DNA of 60,000 nucleotides from Amphiscolops sp. MND2022 (taxonomy: Eukaryota), in NCBI GenBank assembly GCA_964187785.1, contig OZ076409.1, positions 29,204,001 through 29,264,000 on the forward strand. The letters are read 5' to 3'. This document shows positions 13,316 to 24,455 of this stretch, piece after piece. The translations under genes and the position numbers were made by a program. The notes beneath the pieces were generated by a model, which saw only the letters and a list, made by a program, of their open reading frames with translations, did not search any database and was not told where the DNA came from. Within the stretch, counting starts at the first letter, position 1, and the number at the start of each line of letters is the position of its first letter.

Positions 13316-13949
13316 AACACCCATCCCTCATTGCATTTCTCAAACCAACGACTGCTAACAGCAGTCATAAACAGTCTCGCTCCTTGACCGTAAAAGTAAT
13401 TGTTTTACAATTACGCCCCTATATACCAGTACTCAACAAACAGTATTGAAAATTCCGGACAACCTAGCACACAATCCAATTAATACGATTAAATGACCAT
13501 CCACTTCCGTCGACACTGTTTGAACCGTCTAATTACTTAGCATCAACCACTACGTAAGAAGCAAACAAACGGTAACATAACGACTGCAAACGCCAATCAT
13601 CCCGACACTCGCGGTCCGCAAGCACACGTAGCGCGTAAAAGTGTGAACGATAATTTATTCAATTCGCACCAAAACTACCACATCAACAACCGAAACGAAA
13701 CACTTCGCTTAGAAAACCGTCGAAACACAACTAACGAAACGTGAACGAAAACAACGTTCCCTAAAAGCGCAACAAACTAACAGTGACGATCTGCTGCCTG
13801 GCAAACGTTAAGACAACACAACCAATATTCCACCCATTTCGACTTAAACCCATAGTGCTGGCTGTGTGGGTGCGTCGTCGAAAAGCGCGCTTGTGTGGTT
13901 GGTCGTCACCATACAGATGAAGGTTGCTCTTTAGCAACTGGATTCAGTG

Positions 13950-14760
13950 TTAGTTTTGTATAGGTGGTTCCGACGGGAATTCACCTTTTCCAATGATCTG
14001 AACATCAAAAATAAAAAACCAACCATAGACGATAACACAACGCCGGTAAGAACAAGAACTTACCAAATCCAGAAAACAATGAATGCCCGGCCCCTTAAAA
14101 GTAACCAGATATGCGAAGGCTTCGCCTCGTTTGGGAAAAGATTCATGAGTGCGCGGCCCCAACCTCCGCTTAGTATTAAAAACCACACACACCCATAGTT
14201 CTCAGTCCAACAACTTCCTACCACCGAAGTTAACATAATGTAAGAACCCGCGATCTTGACGACACACATCACGTATGATGACGTCCCAGAACACACATCA
14301 ACGATGATGACGTCGCGTACACAGACCGCTACATGTAATATATTGAAACCCAATAAAATACATGTAAAATAATAGTCCATAAGACTTATAACATGAATCT
14401 TACATGCAAACAAAATAAATCATGCATCAAATCAAGGATACACTCCTTAAGTTTTCCGTCATTGAAATGAACAAACTGCTCAGTCACGTACCTTGCAGTG
14501 CGGTGCTAAGGACTGGAAAGCCAGGGTCTAAATGTCTCGTTACCATTCTCGAGCCTTCACTAACAACTTACATGAAAACCTGGCTCTCGAGTACCATGCA
14601 CAGCACAGTTTGACGCGTGAACAAATGTTTATGTTAGTAGTTACCGCAGTGACAACCATAACCAATATGAACTTCCTCAAAAAACTCTCTGAAGACGCCG
14701 TAACAATTAGAGCGTAAGTCCACTCGAAACCATAGCGAAGTATGGGTTACCCCATACACA
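13950..14760 (-). pseudogene. Candidate second antisense spliced gene of unknown function inside the LTR element
   Basis: Exon 14328-14064 (acceptor CATGTAG, donor TTG|GTAAGT), 66-nt intron, next exon from 13997 in frame; in-frame stops in the main exon are TGA. Confidence 0.4.
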
Positions 14761-15128
14761 CACTTAAGAAAGACAAAGCCAGTCCAGCATCATGCATAAA
14801 CGTACATACAAACAACAAAAAAAGCAAGCATAAGAGCCATGCAACTTAAGGTTTCACGTCCTACAAAAAAATGAAATTGTCACATGCAAAACAAGTGAAA
14901 AACCTCTTGTGACGTCCGAACTGTCCAGTCCTAAGGAAAAACAAAGAAGAGTACTATGATGGTTGAAACCATCTAATTAAATTACTAGAAAGTGCAAGAC
15001 CTACTCAGGCCAAAATAAAATGCAGCATTCAAAGCAAATCACAATATCAGGACTCAATAAATAAACAAAAAGCTGAAAACACAAAGAAATATGGAAAGTC
15101 TGATTACTAATACAAGTCCTTCTGCCAA

Positions 15129-18100
15129 CTAATACTCTGTAGAACGGCTGGAACCGCCCTCGTTACTGCTTTCTTCTAGTGAAAAAGCCCGCCTGCTAGC
15201 TTGTACAGGTTCAGTCTCAAAGGTAGCCAGAGTGCGCTTCCCTTTCTTGTCCGGCTTCCCATCGGTCCTCTGTCCGTGATTGCCCACTGACGTCCTACTG
15301 ACCGCTTTGCGCTTCGGAGCTGACTCACTCGGACCTGCTGATGACACTACGACCTCGGATTGCAATTTCGGCGCTTGAGCTGCTGAACGCCTTGATTTGA
15401 TAGGACTCCGACGGGGAGCAGTTGGACTCGACTCCATTGTCCGCAACTGATTACAAACAGCAGACACATAAACGTCAATGACAGGGCGAGTAGGTAGACC
15501 ACCAGTCGTCTCCAGTACAGTGACACAGCGCCCAAGTGATTCGTCAACCCCCCTCTTAACCAATTGGTCCCAGGGGATAGCTCTGCCTTCATCGGTTAAC
15601 CGCGAAACCTGCATGTCTGTAGTGCTGCAGTGTCTAACAAAACCAATCATCGAGCGTCGAGAGTGCCCGCCGAAACCACTCGACATCCAGCTTCGAATAA
15701 TGTTCAAACTTGACAGCATGATACTGTCATCGAGGGCTGTGTCTCCTACATCTTGAAAATCAGCAGCATACGAATCATGGAGCATTCCCACAAAAAGAAT
15801 CTCCACAATGCCCCGGAATTCTTGGCACCGGTCCCACGAAGGATATGACAGGCACAAAGACATGGCATCGTCAATAACTGGCACCACCGAAGCATTGGAC
15901 TCCCATCGATGCTTGAAGTAGTTGACTACCTCGCGATACTGCTGTAAGATGATGGCACCTTGGTCTCCTCTGCATAGATCTCCAAAGCTGAGGACAGAAA
16001 GTGTACCCACAAGGATGTCCGTCAGCCGATCCATTGACACCGACTGAATAGCATAAGGATCCAGCGGCAACAAGCTGAGGTGCTTAACCCACCCTTGGTC
16101 ATAATCGCCAATACAAGACTCGCACACAGTCCTGAGGAAATTCTGCACTTCTTTATAAAAGAAAGGCTTCTGGCTGACCACGTCGAAGCGGAAATACTGG
16201 CCGAACAGCACTTGAAATCGGGCCTTGTCGACAGGCTTACTCTCGCCCAGTCGCAACTTCAACACGGCGAGGACTTCAAAATCAGGTGGTAACGATGAGG
16301 GTTCGACGACCAGACACAATATCTCTCAAAGGAAAGCAGCCAACTCCCGCTCGAACCACAAGTTCCGATTTCGCCCAGCAGAACACAAGCGAGGACACTT
16401 TACAACAACTGAAACACACAGGCGAATCACAACCAACATGTCGAAAAACTACACACCCTAGCAACTCAGACGTCGATAACACCCAAATCAACAATTACAA
16501 CAAAACTAGTACCGACACACCCGTACACAAGAAACACTCAAAACTCTTATACTGACCTCTCTGCCAGAAATTTCAAAACAGCAAATCGCGGCCTCGACAA
16601 AGCATCGTTGAAGACTTGAGTTTCCATACTGGCTATACTCCGCGTTTCGGACACAGTATTTGACCGGTGAACACCAAAGTAGGCACCGAGGTCGTCCCAT
16701 CGCTCCACATGTTCGGTGCACAGAGCCGACAACTCCTGGAAGCGCGCAGCACCACCGCGGACGAACTAAAACAAAATCAGCACCGAGTTAGAACAAAGCA
16801 GACCACGATCACACATTACCACACATACTCACACCAGTCCCCGAAAAAAAAACAAAAATGCTTTAACAAACTTAAAATCAATTACCTCTCGAAGCCTAGG
16901 CATATTGTCAAACGACGAACCACCGATGACGGCAGCTAAGCGGAACCGGAAATACTCCAACACGCAGAAAGGTTCCAGTCCACTCAATTCTCGCAGAAAC
17001 GTGCGCCGCAGCAAATCCTTCAGCCAGTCCACATCGAGACGACGAGTAACCAAAGGTATGGCTGGGTGCGCGATGCTAGCTAACGCACGCCCAAGACGCA
17101 GATTCTCCCCCACACTCACAGCACACAGACCCGCATGAGACTCCACACAGGCCAGAACAGAGACAACGATCTTGAGTAGTGAGCGTTCCCACTTACCACC
17201 CCCAGGAATAGCAGCTAGCACAACCATCTTGACTGTCAGAGCGTCAAAAATGTGGCAATCCACTCGCTTCAACGACCCATCAGTGCGGACGTGCAGACCA
17301 AACCGCGCCCCAGCAGAGAGTAGATCGCTCAGCTTCTCCATGACAAATGGATACAGGCCGTATAATACAAGACTCTACAACAAACATACAACAGTGACAC
17401 TCCTCAGCAAGTACTGCTAACGAAAACAGTAAGCAACCGCAAACGCGAACTAGCAGACAAGAACCAACATTCACGAACACAACACAAAAAAAAGAGACGA
17501 ACAAAACATGTATTAACTGACATTTCGGGTATGATAGCACCCTCTCACTGAAAACCAGCTCGCCCCGCATGCTACTGGACCACACTTTCATGGACCGCAC
17601 AACGCTTGAAAAGTCCTTCAGTTCAACAAAGTTATTGATAAAACAGCATAGCCAGAGGTATGAAGCACTGGACTCCGACAACTCGGGTTTCGAACCAGCT
17701 GCCTCCTCTTCTAATTCGACCGCAATCCGCTCTTCAACTGTCAGCTTCACCTCTGACTCCAGATTGACAGGTGGCTCTGACACTCTGGCTGCCCGAATTC
17801 TCCGATCCTCGTCCAATGACACGGGCCTACAGGACTTGTCCAATAGAGGCCTATTAGACATGATGCGGAAGCGCTGCTCAAGACGAGTGTGCTCTCGCCC
17901 TTTCCAATGATCCCACAAGTTGTGTAGCCCGCGTCCGGCAATACTTAAATCAACGCGGCACAGACGACCCCTTGCGAACCCGTCCACCACACGTTTGTTT
18001 CGGGGGAAACCAACGAAGGTCCCCACGACCCCAGAAACGAAGAAAGATGGTTTCAACGTTTTGATAGCACGCTTCCGTCCTGCTAACACACAACACAAAT

Positions 18101-19325
18101 CACATAGCACCACTGTCCAGTCAAAACCTTCCAAAACAAAACGTGTTTGTCCTTAATCACTAGTCGTACGTTATATACATCCCTTATTTCTTTACCACTT
18201 AAAACTAAAACCCCTCACATGATCTTTTGAGAGTTCTTACCAGGCTTTGATGTGGAGGCAACAGCAGACGAAGTCCCCCCAGAAGGAACGACGCTTTTCT
18301 CTCCAAACTCAGACGGCACATCAGATTCCACTGCCGCACGACGATCGTCCACACCAGAGATGCTCCCAGCTACGGAGCGTGGTAGAGAAGAAGTCTCACC
18401 ACCACGGGGAACGACAGGAGCTTGACCCAGTTCTCGCAACGCTTCCTTCAATTTGTCCAGGAAATCCTCGACAGCGAGAGCACCCACTGTCCCTAGCCGG
18501 CCCAAACTAGACTCGATTGCAGCCTTCACCCACTGCTGAATTTCCCGTTCCACACGACGAAACTATTCAGTGAGTTGCCCCACAACGACATCAGCTCGAA
18601 CGTTGGCATCTGCAAAGTAACCCACAGTTCACAGCACCTACTTTGGACTCAACGACTGACGGCACCTATCACCGCCTGGTTACAGAACAGCAACCGTATA
18701 CTGCATGCCATGGTATTGAACAGCAAAAAGAACCAAAAGACCCGCCCCAAGCAGATAACCTAGCTTCACAGTAACCGTGAATTCACCTACCAAGTTGCGA
18801 TGTCAGAAAGGCATCCAGTCGACGAAGGATGGGCGCTGCCTCCGTCTCAGAACCCTCAGCAGTTCCAGCGGCTATCGAAGCACGAAAGCGACGTAAATAA
18901 CTGAGCACGTCGAACATATTGACATCAGCTACAAACACGAGAACGCCCTAATTAAAATGCTACGCCTGACACTCCCTAACATTACGGGACTCAAACTTGA
19001 AAGTATGCAAACTTGAAAGAAAGTCTAAACTCTCCCTCACGCTTTAGACATACCACTGATAGTAGTACAATATACGAAGTGAGCACTTACCAAATTCCTG
19101 GGAGAGAACGACATCCAATAAATCGCCTAAACCAGCGATATTAGCAGGGGATACACGAGCCGCAAACTGACAGCAGTAACTAGTCTCCAGCAATAATCCT
19201 AATAACTCCAGATCGCCTCCACTTCCACCTAGCTGAGCCCCCTCTCCGGCCATCTGATTCTCCACTTCAGCGACTAACTCAGCTAATCCGGGATCAAAGG
19301 ACTGACCTGCCTCATCATCAGACAT
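15129..19325 (-). CDS. Antisense multi-exon accessory gene, about 1,090 aa, hAT-transposase-like with BED-type zinc finger (two in-frame stops in this copy)
   Basis: Exons 19325-19091, 18928-18791, 18609-18241, 18079-~17518, 17374-16886, 16765-16557, ~16400-15129; GT-AG junctions 1, 2, 3 and 5 keep the frame, junctions 4 and 6 are ambiguous; motif AR(G)RLCRVDLSIAGRGLHNLWDHWKGREH. Confidence 0.75.
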
Positions 19326-20131
19326 ATTGGATAACGCTAAGAGCAAAGGAAATAACTGAAACTCTTCGGGGAAATAATAATCGGCGACGAAGACACGACT
19401 GCAAAAGCTCATTCTTCCATTTATTGTTGTTATAGACTGATCACCTATTCCAATATACAATGGATACCTGACCTCCTCATCAAACAGTCTTACTCGAGTA
19501 ATACTGGACATTCAAGGAACCATATTTTGGACCTACTTCCACCAAATATCAAATGCTAATTACAAGAAGCAGAAAGAAAGCAGTCGTATTTCCCAGCCAA
19601 AAAAGATTAATTCCCCCCACAATCTTATCAGTACAATCGAAACCCGAAAAATACAGGACTAACAGTGCAAAAAACAAAACAAGGATATATTTTCATCATT
19701 GTGGAAGAACGAGCAAAGCCAACGGTTGACAAACGAAGGTGAATACTCTCAAATTAAAGCGGGATCAAATTTCAATTCAAACAGTAATTGACTCAACTGA
19801 CTTTCACTATAGCAACACAACAAATCAATCAACTGCCGATGATCGATGAAAAGTTGCTTAAACAAACATTACACTCAATGCGCACTACACGGATGACGTG
19901 GCTGTCAAACCGTTTCTATAAATAGACTTCAACTTCCGACTACCTACTATTTGCCTGCCTCACCTTGTCCATTCACGCTTCCGAAAATTTCCAGAAGCTA
20001 CATTGCCACCCACGCGTTTCTCTATACCCTGCATGCCACTTCAGCCGCTGTTCAATACTCCACTCAAACACCTGCTACCTATCAACTCGACCGTTCACCT
20101 TACCCATTACCCCTACAGCTTGCTCTCTCTC

Positions 20132-20144
20132 AAAAAGGGGGGAA
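20132..20144 (+). promoter_or_regulatory. Polypurine tract
   Basis: AAAAAGGGGGGAA immediately before the 3' LTR. Confidence 0.9.
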
Positions 20145-21268
20145 TGTCATGCCCGCCAAGCATGAAGGAATTAAACGAACTCTAAAACATTAATTTATAC
20201 ATCAAACTCCCTAAAATACAGATCATCATGAAAATACATTGCAGTAATTTATTCCCCGAACAATACAGTTGAAAGTATAACGACTGGAACTAACAGTCAT
20301 CAATACTAAATTCATTCATGTTATTGTGCATCGTTTAGAAACCAAGACTGAAATATTCAGTCACCACAAATGATTCCCACAAATAAGACTGAAACAATCA
20401 GTCATCAGCTATTGCGATAGTTTATCATTTAATCATTCTTCATCCATTTTTTATATTTCATGTAAAGTATTACCAGAATACTCAATCATTCATAACAACA
20501 ACATTTCATTCATTCATATCAGCAATTTGTACAATGCCTTTTAGTAATTATCCTCCAAACGATAATTGAATCAGTCACCATGATGATAAGGATACACGGT
20601 AGTAAAACCTCAGTTTAAGAGGTAATTGAGACAATTGCGTGCTAAAATGACTGGTGCTTGCGGTCATACTAGATCAGACATGAATAATTAAACGCCGATT
20701 ATCACCCGTCACGACTGTAGCCACCAGTCGTCAAGTGCAATTAAATAGCAATTAGTAAACCGAATGTCATTGGCTAAAAGGAAAGGTGCTAACACACCTT
20801 TATAGTTACACAATCGGGTAAAACTGAACTCACTCACAAGTTGTAACTATTGATATAACCAGTTGCCTACTACCTTGCTTACGAGTTATCAATCCTTATC
20901 TTAACATTAAAATATTTCAATTCAACTTAAAACTTCCAGACTTTTCATGGTAATTACCAGATCTCAAAGTAGTCAAAATAGACAAGTAGAAGCTGAAAAT
21001 ATGGATAGATCAAGCGATAATGAAAGTGAATCCAGTTTCCCTGAACTCTTATCCAGAGACCAAATTGTAGACCTTGACTCTGACGACGTTTTAACTAGAC
21101 GTCAAAATGGTAATAATTATAACATTGATCAACGATTTAACGAGATAAATAGACAGATCGGAGACCTTACCAATATAGTCCTTACATTGACCAATCAGTT
21201 TGCCTCCGTTAATGGAGAAGGGAACAGACTAAATCCAGCAACTACGAGTACTGACAGTCGTTCCGACA
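20145..21268 (+). repeat. 3' LTR (contains a copy of the first 107 Gag codons, ORF 20947-21300)
   Basis: Direct repeat of 6502-7625 followed by TSD GATGT. Confidence 0.97.
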
Positions 21269-22870
21269 GATGTTATACAGAAACTGGAGAACTTTTTTAA
21301 CCGTTGCTATATATCATGGCTTTCGTTTAAAAAAGGTTGGTTTTGTGAATTATTTTTAAACCCCAAACTTAAATCCATAAAGCGTTTGAAACTGATTAAT
21401 CCGGCAACGTAATTTATAGACTCTTTCGTATATGTTTTACGAACACTCGTCATTAGGTAAACTCCGCTATGTGTCGCTTTCTCGATGCGTTCAAAATGGG
21501 GAAATAGCAGAATCTCTACATGAACCCTCGAGCTGATATAAAATAATATGTAACTATTTTGTCTTCACTCATAAATATTTATTGGAGTTAATAATATTAA
21601 TCGTATAGTCTATCTTTTAATAACCATTTACCAAACGATACTTTCAATCTTCTGAGAACAATGAAAATTTCAAAAACAAAGTCGCTTTTTTGATTTCTGC
21701 AAAGTGAATACCAAATGAGAGTGAGACCCCATGTGTCAGTTCAAATCTTTCAGTATTAGTGAGCTTTCATGGTTGAATTTCGGAAATGGTTACTCACGAT
21801 CTGAAGAGTGGAGTATCAGGACAGAGTTTGTCGTCGCCCCGAGTAGCCCCTGGAAGACAGAATTCCAAGGGTATCTCTTGTGCCACTCGGTAGTCTCTGT
21901 CGGGACACTTATTAACACATACAGCTTTCACGTACTTCGAAGTGGCCAAGTCTTTAGGGTTCAGCCAAAGCAAATTCCTGTAATGCCAATGTAGTAAAAA
22001 CAAAAAGACATTGAACACAAATTGTCGGCTGTGGAAAAATTCTGTGGAAAATAAAAAAATACATTTTATCTCCAAATCATTTTGGTTCGAATATGAATGA
22101 TTTCAACTTCGTCTGCCTTTTCTTGTCCTCAAAACAAAATCATAAATCTTTTACCAGCGATATCGTGATCCAATCTAACGTGTATATTGGTCTGGTCTCT
22201 CGTTTGCTTTGAAAATGCTGATTTCACTCAACTTCTATTTTACCGTCTTAGGGTGTAAACCATCAGGACGTTTCTAAATTTTAAATCAACTTCCCACTAA
22301 GTTTGTAAGGCCATCATAAAAATCCTTCGTGATTAAAAAGAACAAAAAGTTTCTTTCTGAAGGCATCTTTAAATAACGGCACCATTCAGACGGCAAACGT
22401 TAGGAGTTTTTGACAGCAAGTTGTTATAAAAGTGACGTCACTCACGGCTTGTCAGTCATGTCCTTTCCAGACTCTTTCACGCCTTCAATAGGATCGTTAA
22501 GTTCCCCACAAATGTTTCCATAACTGTCATAGCCACGAATCAACAGAGCGACGTTTCCTCTGTCGTATGCCACCCAAGATATCACCCCCTATGCAACAAA
22601 ATCCAGACTTTTTCTGATGAAATTGGAAATGTTTTTTTTCAGGCTTCGTAATCTAAGATCATAATTTCGCAGGAAACCGAAAACTATATAAACTATATCA
22701 AGGGTTTTAGAAATTTGTTTAATGAGAAAGCAAACACCAGAAAAAACTATCAGGGTTAACATGGATGACAAATTTTTTCAAGTGCTTGTTCGGTCTATGT
22801 TCGCAAATTACTTTCAACATTTCGTAGCGTCTGCAATAAATCTTTTGACAATCGGGCACTGAAAAAAGAA

Positions 22871-24455
22871 CCCTAGTTAAAACTGCTTGAAACATTTACA
22901 TGATTTCATAGGCTACCAAGCACTTTTAGCATGATTTTGGGAGTTTCATAGACAATCATTAACGCAAAATATTTCCCTGATGCAATGCTAATTCTTCAGG
23001 TATTTATTAGGATTTCTATACATTTTGGCGGGTTTTCAGAGCAACATCAAGGAAATTAAAGAACAGAGTCCCCGCAAAATTTTGCAGTTTTCCGCGGGGA
23101 AAACCTTAAATTTTGTAAGCACAGACGCTACAATATGATGTAAACAAATTGTCCACATGTGCCAGTGTGGTAAACAAATTCGTATTACTGGAATGTTTTC
23201 GGTGGAAAAAAATTTTTGTTGCATGAAAACTGTCGGAATAGGCAATATTTATCACTTTTCGGGTTTGATAAAACGAAAACAATTCCATAACAAAGTTCTA
23301 CACGGCTTTTTCAGGGAACTACTTTAGAACGGAATATCAAAACAAGGCTGTTTTTAAATGGTTGAAATTTGAATTTTTTCAAAACTTTCTCCAGCATCAA
23401 AGAAGTGGGAAAGTCCGATAAAAAAACTAACAAAAAGGAATATGTTTTTCCAAGCATTTCTACGAGAGTTTCTTGCAGGAATCGAAAAAATTAGGTGTTT
23501 GTCGGAAGAAAAATCAACAAAATGTTTGAAGATGGAAAATTCGAATCCGAAAAATTCAGTTGAATTTCGGGCCGTAGTATTTCATTTCTGATGACTTCTG
23601 ATTAAAAAAGACCAAAAGACTCCATTTTCTTAAAAATTACGTCCAAATTCAAAGTATTTTACTAGAATAATGTCTGAAATCACAGTATTCTGGCAGAATA
23701 ACGTCTAAAATCATTATTTTTGCGGAATAACGTCTAAAATCATTTTTTTGGGGAATAACGTCTAAAATCACTATATTTGTGGAATAACGTCTTAAATCAC
23801 TCTATTTTGATAAAATAAGATCTAAAAACACTGTATTTCACTAAAATAATGTCTAAAATCACTGTATTCTGGTAGAATAACGTCTAAAATCATTATTTTT
23901 GCGGAATAACGTCTAAAATCACTGGAGGAGTTATCTCTGGCACCTGATGTGTTCTGTATACGAAACAAGTGTTCTGGGTTCCGGTTTCCTTATTACAACT
24001 CCGAAAACATTTTTAGACTATGGTTTTGCATAATTTTGATTAGATTTTATAAATTTGTAGATTTTCACTACTTTTTTAAAAGTTTTTATATTGGTTACAA
24101 TTCAATTTTTTTCTTAGCTGTTATATTAGGTTGCGAGATGAGGACCTTTTTGAGAGAACTAACTTTCGTGGGCAAAAAGATGAGAGATCAAAAATACGAA
24201 AGATTGCGTCTTTTTCAAGAGTTTCGCTGAAGTTTTTTGTCAAGGCTTAGTGGATATTTTTCCAAGTTTCTACAAAATGCAAGAAAGTTTTCCAAGTTTT
24301 TCCAAGATGCAGGGAAGTTTTTCAAGATTTTCCAAGATGCAGGGAAGTTTTACAAATTTTTCCATGCAGGGTTCTTGATTTTTCTATTTTTTATCAAAAA
24401 TTAGCCTGCATTTTATTCATGTGCTTACAAAATTTCACGGCATTCTCAACTAGGG
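22871..24455. mobile_element. Non-autonomous CACTA/EnSpm-like element, copy 1, with an internal ~30-bp minisatellite (~23630-23923)
   Basis: TIR CCCTAGTTAAAACTGC / GCATTCTCAACTAGGG, AA on both flanks; homologous to 58190-59822. Confidence 0.85.

Larger units (their letters stand above)
6502..21268 (+). mobile_element. Full-length large Ty3/Gypsy LTR retrotransposon (14,767 bp), defective copy
   Basis: Two 1124-bp TG...CA LTRs, 5-bp TSD GATGT (6497-6501, 21269-21273), PBS, PPT, gag and pol in PR-RT-RH-IN order. Confidence 0.97.

Noticed and set aside
13316..20144. env-like ORF after pol
   Set aside because: No long sense-strand ORF, signal peptide or transmembrane pattern; coding signal is on the minus strand
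13316..20144. Independent hAT transposon nested in the Gypsy element
   Set aside because: No TIR pair or 8-bp TSD found by eye, and the A/C-rich plus-strand bias continues from pol; not formally excluded without a computational scan
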